A stretch of DNA of 64,000 nt from NCBI GenBank assembly GCA_040357565.1, contig JBDODJ010000017.1; one strand, given 5' to 3'. A program made the position numbers and the translations under genes. Of this stretch, positions 1 to 12,480 are shown piece after piece. This DNA comes from Cercozoa sp. M6MM. Taxonomy: Eukaryota; Protista; Endomyxa: Ascetosporea. Each line of letters opens with the position of its first letter. Within the stretch, counting starts at the first letter, position 1. The notes under the pieces were generated by a model, which saw only the letters and a list, made by a program, of their open reading frames with translations, was not told where the DNA came from and did not search any database.

Positions 1-22
1 ACTGCACTTGTGTGTGTTGCAG

Positions 23-1891
23 GAATCTTAACTTCAACGCCAATTTGCGGGTCAGTCTTGGCGTCGAAGATTACGACACCAAAGCGGTACTTCACACTTC
101 CCGTCGGTGCCGTGCTGCTGGATCAGACCAGACGCGGTGTGTGTTTGTGTTGCAGAACTCCGGCACCATGAGAATCGGGTCAAAGCTTGCATTCGACGTC
201 AAGGCTGGTGCCAGACTGTCGATCAGTGTATGTTGTTTCATCTGGGATGCGGGTGGTGGTGGCTTCAATGATGAGTGCTCTTGCTGCCTTGCACAGCTCT
301 CTGGTTCAGGCGACGTCAAGCGCGAACCGGCCAACGACGACGAAACCGAGGAGGACAACGACACTGAATTTGACGATGACGATGACGACGATGACGACGA
401 GCAGGACCCTCTGGACGACTTTGTGCGTCCGCGGAAACGCCGTATCATTTGTCTTGACACACCGGCCTGTATTTCCTTCCTTTGTCTCAGAAGAAATGTG
501 CGCTGCTCAGGCAAGGTGGCGGCAGTCAAGGCCGAGGTCAAGGCCGAACCGACGGAAGATGCGTCCCAGCCGCAAGAACCGCAGGCGCGAGACGAATCCT
601 ACCGTACGTGCTTGTGTGCCTGTGCTTGTTTCTTTTTGTGCTCTAGCAACGTTGTTTTTATTTTGTAGATATTGTCTGGCTGAAAGCCGGCAACGTTCTG
701 CGCCAGGTGCCGCTGCTGCTAAACAATGAAGTACCTGTCGTTGTGAGCTTAGACGGCCTTACCTCGAGGTACTTTCTCGGCTCTCACCTTTGGGTTGTAT
801 GCGCGTATTTTCTCTTTCTCAGGTACCTCCTGCACGCCGAAACTAAGATGCTCCGAGTCTCGGAGCGCAAGCGCGTGCTGGCCGCTCTGTATTTGTACAA
901 GTTGCACCACCATGGTCACACAGAAGCGGCGTACTTTTGCCTTCGCTTTCACTGTGTTTGTGAATTGTTTACTCTTTATTCGATCGCAACGTTTCTCAGT
1001 CCCGAGGACGCGGAGGAAGATAACCCTGATCCGCTTCTCGCCTTTCGGCCGCTGCGCGAGCAGATGGCGAACCTGGCCGTACTTCCTTTTCTTAGCTTTC
1101 TTTTGAGAGTACAATTATTTCTCCTTTTGTTGACAGGTCGAATGCTCTGGCGAGGACGAAGAACGACTGCGCCACAAGAGTGAGTCAAGCACTTTTGATC
1201 CCTCACTGTTCAATCTATGTTCAGCTTATGCTTTCAGTCTGTATTTTCGATCCATGTGTTTAGTCTATGTTCTCAGCTGTGTTTTCTGTCTATGTTTTGA
1301 TTACGTGTTTTCAATCTATGCTTTCAGATTATGTCGCTACTGTGTCTGTTTAGAGCACGGCGTGACAGCGCACGCACTCAGTGCCATCAGTGACTACCGT
1401 GGCCTCGCGGAACTGCTCACGAAGGACCAAGAGAGAGTACGTTCTGTGCGTATTTGTGCTTCGGAGTGTGTCTGTGTGCACAGGTCGATGCGCCAGGCGG
1501 CGGTTTGTCTGTCCAGCTCGTCGATAGCCCACAGCATGCGGTCAGCGAAGGCTTCATTCGCCCGGATGGTACCCTGTCTTGTGATGCGTCAATATTTGTG
1601 ATTTTTCTGTGTCTCAGGCAAGACATGGACGGCCGAAGAGATGACCGAAAACGAGGTGTGTCTGTTGCTCTTTTTGCTCTATTGTGTCCGTGTGTATATG
1701 TCGACTGTGGCGCAAAAGCAGAAAAGAGCAGACATCGTGCTGGTGAAGACGACCGACCTGCCCGGAGACGTGGGCGTGCTGGCCTGCCTGGCCTCGGAAA
1801 CTGCAGTACGGCAGTTTTTCTTGGAGTACGTTGACGTCTCTTTCTTGCATTGCATACCCTCTACAATATATTACGGATATTTGTGTGTGGG

Positions 1892-1940
<49 letters not shown>

Positions 1941-2144
1941 TGTTGTTGCAGTCTGGAAAATCGTTTGTGGTTTTGCCTGTCGCTCGACGATTGGCTGAGC
2001 CTCCTCACCAAGGTAACAGCCGCGTGATCGTGTAGTGTGAGTGTTTGGTACTTCTCTCACAAGACGGTGTTGTGTTTGTGTACACAGGCTCACCCGGAGC
2101 TTCGACAACTGCCTGTGGAGTACACGCGCTCCGATCGTACCTCC

Positions 2145-2234
<90 letters not shown>

Positions 2235-2270
2235 CACTCACGTGTGTCTGCACAGTTGTCGCGAAGCTAA
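23..2270 (+). CDS. Multi-exon hypothetical protein with acidic Asp/Glu tract (5' end outside window)
   Basis: Series of GT..AG introns separating codon-like GC-rich exons (NDDETEEDNDTEFDDDDDDDDDEQDPLDDF; YLLHAETKMLRVSERKRVLAALYLYK; LENRLWFCLSLDDWLSLLTK). Last exon LSRS* ends at 2270. No family recognised. Confidence 0.55.
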
Positions 2271-3172
2271 AAGCGTACCAGAAAGGGGGAAAACGGAGCG
2301 TTCGGAGCGTGTACGACATGAACGCCACTCCGGGTGGCATCATACAGGCGATGGTACGCGCTCTTTTTTATGATCGAACGTTAGTATTTTCTTGTGCGCT
2401 CAGTTCTTCGAAAAGCATGAACACCATCCGTTCGACGAAAAAGCGTCTAACTGCGCCTTGTGTAATGTGGGTTGAGATGCACGGTCGCATTCAAGCAGTT
2501 TTAGTTTCAAACTTCCTATCTATCATCGCACTTCGCCCACAGTTTCAAAACTGATCTTCCAAAAATCAGATCAGTGCAGCAGCGGCACTAATCCAACTCC
2601 TGCTTTGACCAAATGCTTACTCTAGTGGCTCCAAGGACAACCGCAATCAGCAATCCGGGAATGATCAGTATTATTTTTTAATTATTCTTCGTCGCTCTTT
2701 TCGTCCAAACGACGCGTGCAGGACCGACAGTGCAGTGTTCGGGAGTGTCTCACCTACTCTCTCAGTCATTGTAGTGTACGTTGTGTTTCCCAGTGCTTCC
2801 GTAGCGCGTCGCACGCCGCTTTGGGCGGGTGTCGTGCGCTTTGTGGTTTTGCCGTTTGTCGTGTGTGGCCCACGTGCTTTCGGCAGCAGCCGCCCCGTGA
2901 CTGGGCACGCTGGGCACCCAATGTGCTCATAGAGTGGCAGGCAGGCCGATTGCTGTGCCAAAAGTTACTTTTGAGTGTTGATCGTTTTGATCTTTCGTGG
3001 AAGAAACGACGAAGTTCTTGAGAAGTGTGGCGGAGATTTCCAGCAAGTTTCAAGCAAATTTCGAGCAAGTTTCTTTGAGTCAAGGAGTGCGCAAAACCAC
3101 CAGTCAATTTGTTTCGTTTGACTTCCATCTACTGTTTTCACCTTCCGACTTCCCTTTGCAGAACAAGCAGCC

Positions 3173-3901
3173 ATGCAGAACATCAAGTGTGTCGTCGTCG
3201 GCGACGGTGCCGTCGGGTAGGCGTTGTCTCTGTTCGTGTGTCTGTGTGTCTGTGTGCCTCGTTTTGACTGTTGTTGATGCTGATTGCTGCTCGCAGTAAG
3301 ACGTGCCTTCTGATCTCGTACACGACGAACGCCTTCCCGGGCGAGTACATCCCGACCGTGTTCGACAACTACTCGGCCAACGTGATGGTGGACGGCCGTC
3401 CGATCAACCTGGGCCTGTGGGATACGGCCGGTCAGGAGGACTACGACCGTCTGCGTCCGCTGTCGTACCCGCAGACCGACGTGTTCCTGGTGTGCTTCTC
3501 GATCATCTCGCCGCCCTCGTTCGAGAACGTCAAGGCCAAGTGGTACCCGGAGATCCAGCACCACGCGCCGGGTGTGCCGCTGCTCCTGGTGGGCACCAAG
3601 AGCGATCTGCGCGGCGACGAGGCCACCAAGCAGCAGCTGGCCGCCAAGGGCCTGCACATCACGGCCGAGGAGGAGGCGCTCGCCATGCAGAAGCAGATCG
3701 GCGCCGTCAAGTACCTCGAGTGCTCTGCCCTCACGCAGGAGGGCCTCAAGAACGTCTTTGACGAGGCCATTCGCGCCGCGCTCACCAAGCCGGCCAAGGT
3801 AGCCTTTTCCTGCCTCACCTTCGCTCCCGACCCTTCCTGCTACCCTGTGTATCCCCCTGCCCCCTGAGCAGAAGAAGAAGAAGGCGTGCCTCATCATGTA
3901 A
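3173..3901 (+). CDS. RAC1: Rho-family small GTPase, Rac1-like (3 exons)
   Basis: [15 protein letters not shown]|[63 protein letters not shown]...[22 protein letters not shown]. Introns at 3217-3296 and 3799-3868/3871. Polybasic tail and CaaX box KKKKACLIM*. Confidence 0.97.
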
Positions 3902-4721
3902 GTGTTGCACACGACGACGCCTTTGCCGTCATTATTCAGAACAAGTTCGACGCGCTCTCGCACGTGGATTCGACCGCCATCCTGCAATCGCTGGCTGGCG
4001 CGATGAGGCCATTGGCGAGTGTTCAGTTCGAGCTGCCCATAGTAGGAATTAGATCCTCTCTCGCTCTAGATTTTTCAATTTAAACGGCCTTTTCTGCCTT
4101 AAAAGCTCTTAACTGTGTTACTGACGGTTGTCAGTGAAAAGAACTAAATAAAAGAAGTAAGTCGTCAATTAGACGAAGCGAGGGAATCAATGATTCAGTT
4201 AGTAGAAGCGAAGTGAAGAATTACCCCAACTGGGTTCTTACGTCAAACTAGACGGAGTTGTCGACGGAATCTTCCGTCACGGGGAAAATCGTGAGAAGAT
4301 TTAACAAGAAAACCCCTTCTCTCTACAGCAGCCAATGCTTACTTGGAGAGGTGGATATCAGTCCAAACTGCAGAGCAACTGACCAGCTGATGCCAAGTAG
4401 ATGAGGTTTTCTCTTTGCCAACTGGCAGGCTCAATCTACAGGACAGGCTTTCAGACAGGTCCAGTCACAGCTCTATGGGCAGTAGTACCGTAGAGCCACA
4501 AACTCTTAACTCTTCTTTCTCTTTAGCTTCAATGATGGGAGACCAACTGGTCTGTCTGGGTTTATCCCCGCGGAGACTGCATAATCTGAGTCAGTCTGTA
4601 ACAACTGCACGATCCGTTTACCTACCCGGCCCGCTTAGTCGTGAACTGCTGCCGGCCGTTCGCACGAATAAACTTAGCTTGAATGTGCAAACTAGGATAG
4701 TAGCAAAGTGCTGTAGCGGAA

Positions 4722-5823
4722 TCAACGCATGCTGCGGTTCACACTGGCGAAGCAGCGGCACAAAAGACGAGCGGTGTCGCCGAGACCGAAGCGCTCGTGC
4801 AGTAGCGTCGGCTTGGCCGGCAGCCATCGCTCGTACACGGCGAGACTCTGTGCGACGTCGTCGCTGGCCTGCACGTCGATCCGGCAGGCCTGCAGCATGG
4901 CGGCCACGTGCTGCAGCTCGGCCTGCGCCATCTCGGGCAGCACGTGCTGCGTGATGCGTCGCAGCAGCAGCGCCTTGACGGCGTGTACGTCGCTGGACGC
5001 AGTGACGGCGTCCAAGAAGTCGCGGTGCCGTGTCGGAGTCTCCTGCGGCAGCGGCAGCAGCGACACGGAGAGCAGTACCGTGCACAGCACAGAGCGGCGA
5101 CCTTCCACGATCTGCGTGGACACGTGGTCGCCGTGACCGTGTCGCCAGTGCACGCGGTCCAGTGCCTGTCGGTCAGCATGCATGTTCTATGCAGAGACCA
5201 AACACGGGGTCGTACCTGGTGGTAGAAGGCACGAAGCGCATGCCGTAGTCGTCGATGCAGGTGCTTGACATCACTGGCGGCATCGTGTGTCCTGAGACAC
5301 GCCGTAGCCACGGCGTTGGACAGCCAGACGTAGTGCCACGGCGTCATGCGACGCTGCTGCCCGCACAGGATCGGCACGCAGCCAAAGCACTCGGCCAGTG
5401 TGACTTCACTCTGTTATCACACACATACACACCCAGGCAGGCGGTAAGGGAAGACTACTATCGAAGACTACTATCACTTTGGACAAAGCTACCTCATCGT
5501 AGTCTCGCCTAGTGCCCAATAGAGGCGTGTGGAAGCACGACATGGCAGTCTGCAACAAGGCTTCTCGTAGAGACAGACCAGGCGGCACCAGAAGACGCGA
5601 GACGAGCTGTAGTCTCGCACACAACAGACTGGCGCCGCCACACGCCTCGCCATGCGCCAGCAACTCACTGCGTGACAGGTAGTGCATCACACGCTGCCAC
5701 AACGGCGACTTTACCTGTGTCATNNNNNNNNNNNNNNNNNNNNNNNNNNNNNNNNNNNNNNNNNNNNNNNNNNNNNNNNNNNNNNNNNNNNNNNNNNNNN
5801 NNNNNNNNNNNNNNNNNNNNNNN

Positions 5824-5868
<45 letters not shown>

Positions 5869-7929
5869 AAACCTACATTGATGACGGTTCGAATCACAGA
5901 AGGAGACAGCATCGGAAAGGACACGTGGTGTCCACCAGCATGTCCACTGCGAGGCGACACATGCATCACGTCGAAGGGAGCCTCGACCTTTCGTTCGTTG
6001 TCATGCACTCCGGTGCCGGTGCAACTCAGCAGCAGTGCGCCGTTCCAAGCTGTGCGGTAGTGCAGGTGTGCCGGCTCGGCCTCGACACCGGCGACACCGC
6101 GTGCCCAGGCAGCCACGAGACACGAGTACACTGGGTTGGGCAGTGCCACACGTGCCGCCTTGGCCATGCACGCGATCAGTCGACCTGTACTGGGCAGTGT
6201 CCAGTCGAGCGACATGCTTGAGAGCAGAGGTGTGCCACATGACTCAACACCATGAGACATACTCATGAGACAGGCCGCCAGAGGCAGTGCCACATGGCCC
6301 AACAGCACGTTCTCCACGGCCGCAAACTGGGCTTCCAATCCACGCTTCTGCATCCACACAGGCAGCGTGTAGTGTGCGCGTGCTTGCGACATGGCTTCCT
6401 CCTGCCCCAAAGAACTCAAAATAACATTCGTTTTCATTCGAAATCTGTGACTGGAGGAACTGACATGTTCATCAAGCGCCGGAACGTCGGCCAACTCGAC
6501 AATCCGCGTCAATAGATCAATGTCCTCACTCTGCGCTGTTCGCTGGTCTGGCAGCAAGCATACTCGTTGCTCAGTTCAGATATTTGTTTTATTTGCAGAA
6601 AAAATACCATGCCGGGCTGACGTGACCAGCCGCGGAATAACTCCGCACAGAGCGGCCACACAAGTGCTAGTGGCGATCAAGCTGTGCGCTCTCTGTGGAA
6701 ATCGCAGCAAACTCCGAACTCGTCGGCGAAACGACGCATTTTGCAGTTCGAAAAGCACGTCCTTAAATTTGCTGAGTTCAGTCTACAAAACAATACAAAA
6801 ACGATGAAACAACACGAACAATACAATAACAAGAGTAATAAAAGTGGTCTGAACCTCCGCAGCTGCACCAGCTAGAATGGTATCACACAGAAGTCTCAAG
6901 TCACTCGTGATGTTTCTGCACTGTGTGAGAGAAACGAGCGATCGCTGCACCAGTGACAGGGCGAAACGCCACTCCACAAGTGGTCTCGCATCCTGCAGAA
7001 GCCAACAGTGACTGCTTGGGCCAAATCAAGTGCTCAAAAGAGGGAAATCTACCTCAGAAACACTCGAGGTCCAGTCACAGAAAAGCTCGGCCCAGTCGGT
7101 GGCGTCATGGTGGCCGCACTCGATTGAAGCGCCACTGCTGCTGCACAGGTCGGCCAAGTCGTCGATGTTGTCGACCTGTGTAACGAGCGAGTCGTGCAGT
7201 GCCAGGACGGCCGAGCACTGTGCCGACACTGAAGCCACTGCACCCGTGAAGCGATTGCGAAAGAGTTGCACGTGCGTCAGCAGTTTCGCCTGTGCCGCCA
7301 CAGTCAGAATCGCCAACTGGTCGTGCGACGTGCTGATGGCGCGTTCAGTCGCCTCTGCAGCTAACGTGTTCAAAAAGCGAAAGGAAACACAGGTGAAAGC
7401 ACACCCTTCAGTTCGGGATCCAAAGCAGCCACTTCTTGCAAAAGCAGCTGCTCGAACTCGTCCTCGTAAATCATGCGACGCAGCTGCTCCTGTCCGTCCA
7501 GGCAGTGATCCAGGTCCATGTGCCACCTCTACAATACAATACAGACAGAATAGGATACTATTACAGCTACTAGTGCAGAGAAGGATTAGGGTACGGGAGT
7601 TCTTGCGGTAGGTGAGCTTCTTGTCACGTTCCTCAAGCCGCAGATCGACGGGTCGCGCTCTAGACAACAATCCATCTCTCCCCAGCGTTTTTCCGGCACA
7701 ACAGCGTGTACCGAGACGCCTGTGCAGCTCATCGTTGACTCCTGCACACCGCAAGGCAACAGCAAGTTTGCCGTTCGAAACCTCGCGCAGCAGCGCCTCC
7801 GCCACAGTGCCTGCAAGGGGCCCAGTCAGCTGCGTCGTACAGTTGACAGCAAAAAACAAAATGCACACTGACTAAGAACAACAGATTGACCATCCGACAG
7901 CATAGAGACTAACCTGGTGCTTGTTGCAT
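4722..7929 (-). CDS. Large multi-exon hypothetical protein (helical, Ala/Leu-rich); spans an assembly gap
   Basis: Chain of minus-strand open frames (7026-7868, 6576-6758, 5406-6557, 4722-5183) linked by plausible GT-AG introns. Putative ATG at 7929 (MQQAP|gttag). May be more than one gene. Confidence 0.45.
5724..5823. other. Assembly gap (100 N) adjacent to (CA)n
   Basis: Run of n characters followed by a CA microsatellite. 10-N gaps also occur at 39398-39407 inside (GA)n and 41503-41512 inside (GT)n. Confidence 0.99.
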
Positions 7930-8113
7930 GCCAGATTTGTGATCAGAATCACTAAGAACTCCGGAGTGTGCTTGTTTTTCCGAATGTTGGTTCACGAACA
8001 GCCTCGACTGATTTTGGAGCACTGCCTGGCCACAAGGGTTAGCGTCACGCCGTGTCTTTAGTAAAGCGCTACTAACTTTCAGCAGGATTCATTGTATCGA
8101 AACGTCGCTTTAG

Positions 8114-9328
8114 ATCAATTTCTTACCGTGAGTCTGTGAATAATAGAGGTAAACAATTTCACGTCAACTCTGCTGCCATCCACTCCTGGCAATCGACGGC
8201 TTTGATGTTTAGTGGTGACGACGACTGCGACGGCGACGGCGACGGTCACGACGGCCGCGACGGTGCGAGTCGTCGTACTCGGAGTAGTCTGGCTCGTCGT
8301 ACGACGGCTCCTGCACAAAGACAACAACGGTACCGTGACAGTAATGTAAACAACCACACATGTCCTGAACTGAGAGCACCTCGTAACTCGGCTCATCGTA
8401 ACTAGGCTCCTTGTAACTGGGCTCCTTGTAACTGGGCTCCTCGTAACGGGGCTCCTTGTAGCTAGGCTCCTCGTAACGGGGCTCCTCGTAACGGGGCTCG
8501 TCGTATCCGCTGCCTGTAGCAACATGAAAGTGCACGATGAATGAGTTAACGTTTACATTGGCGGTGAACACGAATCAAGAGGGACAAAGTTCAACTCACC
8601 GTGACGGCGGCGTCGACGATCGCGTCGGCCGTGGCCTCGACGAGAGCGGTAGTCTACCACACAGTAATGACGTTCACAGGTGTATAGCAAAAGCTACTTC
8701 AGGTGATGTTTGAAAAGCGCAAGGCACCGTCGTAGTAGTCGTCACTCAGCAGACCCGCAGCATCATCCGAGTCGAGATCGAGACCGACTGTCGTGGTCTC
8801 TCCGTTCTGGCAGTCGCCCTCACTGTGCAGAAAAGAGATGCACAGTTTCAGTACAGAACAGCACTGTATGTGAAGTGAAAGGCAGGCTTACTTGACAAGC
8901 ACCATGGCTTCCTCGCCGTACATACAGCGCAGGAACTCCAGCGTGCACGTGTTGCGCACCTACTCTCAGTCATGTAACTACATTCCACCGACAACCTCAC
9001 AGGAACCGTGAGAATACCGTCATGACCACGTCAGTGCCGACGTGCTCGACACACAGATGATGCTCCACATCCGGGCACACCACTGCAATAATCGCATCGA
9101 AAGAATCAACACACTTAAACAGCTGAACGCACTGTCGGAGCAGTCGTTCTGGGCAACAACTCCAGCAATCAGCAGCGAGGCCAGGAAAAACATGACGCAG
9201 TCTGTTCCGTTCACTCAGTTGGAATCGAAAGGAAAGGCTCAGGCACAAGTCACAAGAGACGAGTGTTGCAAGTAATGAGGCGAGGTTAACTCAAAGCAGA
9301 GAAAACACAAAACAGTGAGTTGTGAGAG
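8114..9328 (-). repeat. ~1.2-kb inverted duplication, copy 1 (partner 53818-55032)
   Basis: Reverse complement aligns by eye with 53818-55032 from tcacaactcactgttttgtg to agactcacggtaagaaattgat. Exons are near-identical; introns show scattered substitutions and indels. Confidence 0.96.
8209..9193 (-). CDS. Secreted Kazal-type domain protein with Arg-rich and Tyr/Glu/Pro pentapeptide repeats, copy 1 (7 exons)
   Basis: Signal peptide MFFLASLLIAGVVAQ; six-Cys Kazal pattern C..CPDVEHHLC..GTD..T..NTCTLEFLRC..EGDC; RRGHGRRDRRRRRH; (Y[DEK]EP[RS])n; C-terminus RRGRRDRRRRRRSRRHH*. Confidence 0.85.
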
Positions 9329-9935
9329 TGCGAGGTTTGCAACCAAGTTTGCTCGTGCACGCCTGTTCACTGTCAACGAACAACCCTGGCCATGTTGACT
9401 TGATCGGATCAGACACCGAGTCATGTCAGTGCCACTAAAGTTTAAATCTAACCAACGTTGCACTGAGAGAACTGAGCTAGCAACATCACTCCATTGCCAC
9501 TGGTAAAGCCAGCGAACTGAAAAACGACCGATTCAGGCCCCAGGGTTAGCCTGTAGCTCCGACACGCCAAGATTGGTTTTACTCGGACTGACACTCCCAG
9601 TTGAGCTGAGTGATTTTCAGTATAAAGTAAACTTAGCAAGTACTAGTGTATAGTTCTACTTACCTTAATCAAGCAGAACGACAGATACGCTAAAGGCCCC
9701 GCAATACGCACGTGCACACATGCACTTTCGGACCAAGGTGCGCAGTTTAGAAATTCACTGCTCCTGCGGTTTCTCATCGATACACCAGCAAGTGAAATTA
9801 ACACCTATACGTCGTTTACGTTGGTTCTGCATTTCTGCACGGCGTACGATGGCAATGTACACGGGTGGTGAGCCGCGGTATACGACTTCTTCGGGTACAG
9901 TGCTTCCATTTTGCTTGCATCAGTAAAAGTACTGC

Positions 9936-9987
<52 letters not shown>

Positions 9988-10323
9988 CTGCCTCCTACTC
10001 ACATATGTATGGAGACGTTGCAACTACACGAACGGTCGCGCCAGTAGGACACGTAACCCACTAATTAGTTCTCACTGCCAGCTCACCTTCAGAGTGCTTA
10101 CTGTACCAAATAACGCTTCTGACAGGAGATGGCTCAGCTCGGGGACATACACGTCAGATGCCGATCCGTTGGATCCGTCGAGTGCCGAGACGAATGCCAG
10201 CAGTGTATCGAGCAGTGTGGCGGCTACCCTGAACTCGACAAGTTTGAATGCACTCATGTACCGAATAGCATTTGTGCGTACTGATCCAGAAGCTGTATAT
10301 TCTTGCCTTAGTACGGGCCAGGA

Positions 10324-10646
10324 ATGACAAAGGAAGTAGAGTGCGTCTGTCGAGGTCAGGGTGGTACGTTCGGGAAAATGGGACTCATACTCGCGCTGAT
10401 CGGCGGCATCTTGGTTCTTTTCGCCGTGGCAGGTACCGAAGAACGTAAAGAAAGTGGGCAGTACTGTACTGTGCATTTGAATATCCCTGCATCATTGTGC
10501 AGTCGTAGTTGTTGTCGTCGCTTTCAAGTCAAGCAGGAATCGCGGAGGCGGTTTGCAATCTATGACTAGACCAAAGCAGCCGACAGTGAGGGTATCCGAC
10601 TACGATGTCGGTGCTTCTGTCACCGTCACAACTGTTTCAACCTGAC
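10324..10646 (+). CDS. Small single-pass membrane protein (2 exons)
   Basis: MTKEVECVCRGQGGTFGKMGLILALIGGILVLFAVA|gtacc..gcag|VVVVVAFKSSRNRGGG...TVST*. The hydrophobic segment continues across the intron. Confidence 0.45.
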
Positions 10647-10976
10647 TCAAGTTGGAACACGTGCTTTCTTGCTTAGAATTAACGCAAAGTTCAAGCAGTA
10701 CAGGAGTATGATGTTGCTTCAAATGAGAGAGACAAGTTTTGCATATGTACTGTAGTTTGCGTAGATACCATCCGTTAAATTAAAATACAGTTCCTCCAGA
10801 AGTTAATTTATTTATGTGCCGGACTTCATTTCATTTTATGTTCCAAAGTGGGATACTTCACTGCCCTGTACATTATTTTAACTTTGATGGTTTTTGCTAA
10901 TTTAGGATGCAGTCGGCACAAACTTTGGTCAGCTTGAGCCGGCTTCGGACATACTGTAGTATAGTGGCATCTTTTC

Positions 10977-12078
10977 TTGCTCGAGGTTAGTGGATGCCCA
11001 CGAGGAGGAAGTGACGACATGCCACCTTACTACTCGTCAAAGAAGCATCCCGAAACCGGTGTCTATGAGCGTGTGGAACCGGTGGAACCAAGTCAAGCGA
11101 CTGTTGGCAAAGAAGGCTTGTCACACCGTGATCAATGCCGAGTATTTGACGACCCACTGTGCCACAAAGAGTGCCAACGATGTTTGGTAGTACAAGTCAT
11201 CGTAACGTATCTGTTGCGAGGGAAACTATAAGGATATGTACCTGCAGTCACACTGTGGTTCCGTCACGCACTTAAGACACTTTTACTGCAAGAGCGACGG
11301 TGTCGGTGCCGGCGAAAAGAAGTCAGTCAAGTCGAACAAATCAACTCTCGAAGGCAGCGACGAAAGACACGAATACGCCTGTCACTGTGCCGACGAAGGT
11401 GGACACGTAACTATGCTTCACTTAACATGTACGGTCCTCCCTTTGAAATTTAAACTTGGGTTGTTTAAATGCAGCCGTTTTTGCGAGAACACGGACTTGC
11501 GATTGGCATCTGCGCACTCGTGCTGCTGGTGATTCTGATTGCTCTGATCTACGTGTTGTTCTCCAAGAAGCGGAAGCATCGCTTCCGTGGCGGTGGTCAT
11601 CGAAGAAGCAAGAGCGTCGGTGATGCTTCTGATGTTGCAAGTGAAGACATGTCACAGATCAGTTCGATGAAGGGCGGAGGCGTGAACGTCACTGCCACTG
11701 ATGCCGTCGATATCCGTGTCGTTCCTCACTCGGTCGACTCGCACGACGGCACCGACGTTACTCTGCACCCTCGCAAACAAGTCCAGTTCAACACGTACAG
11801 TTTCGTTCTCGACTGTTTGCACAAATTTTTTCACTCACGACAAACCCAGGATTCCGCACATGCTGGCCGACTATCTGGACGACCACGATTGCAAGTATTT
11901 CGACATTGGCTCTCTCAGCGAGTTGAGCGTGGATCCGGACAGTAAAGCTGTCCAAGAAGACATAGACACTGCCACCGCTCCGGTCAACGCTGTGACTGAT
12001 GTCAACGACATGAACGCCGAGCTGATGCGAGAGTTACCGGATCTTGACATTGACGCTATTCTTCACGAAACAAGTTGA
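10977..12078 (+). CDS. Type I-like membrane protein with small Cys-rich ectodomain (start uncertain)
   Basis: CRVFDDPLCHKECQRCL|..HCGS..FYCKS..YACHCAD followed by TM GLAIGICALVLLVILIALIYVLF, basic stop-transfer SKKRKHR and an acidic tail ending at 12078. Confidence 0.55.
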
Positions 12079-12480
12079 ATTAACTGTGTAACCGACACAT
12101 AGATAGCATTACGCATGTGTAATGTGCTGTCACAATCAGTTAAGAAACATAAAAGCTCTAATCGGCAAGAACGAAAATTGGGCCGTTTGATGGCGTAGCC
12201 ACTGTGTTTAATGATTTCTGTAGTTGTGCTTACTTCAGCATATGCTAGTTCTATGTCTGTGCTACTACTTTGGATCTTTTATTAAGGAGGCTAGAGACAT
12301 CAGACGATTATTTCCGCTTCTGGGGGGTAGATGACTTGTGATCGACAAGAGAGTTTCGCCCGCTGTTTGACTCGTAGTTTTCGCTTTTCTCGGTCGTTTG
12401 AAGTGCGCTACTAGACAGAGTCAAGTATCTTTGGTGGTGTCGATAATAGGTGGAGTGCTTCGCAAGCGCTGGAGCTGTCA

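Noticed and set aside
2965-3987. 340-aa antisense ORF over Rac1 and similar long antisense or alternate-frame ORFs
   Set aside because: Shadow frames caused by high GC3 codon bias of the real genes.
4530-4592. Possible C/D box snoRNA (ATGATG...CTGA)
   Set aside because: Box C is imperfect, there is no terminal stem, and no recognisable rRNA-complementary guide.
8114-9328. Inverted repeats as terminal repeats of a giant transposon
   Set aside because: The repeats are an intron-containing host gene; no transposase, integrase or target-site duplication was seen and the interior is ordinary cellular genes.
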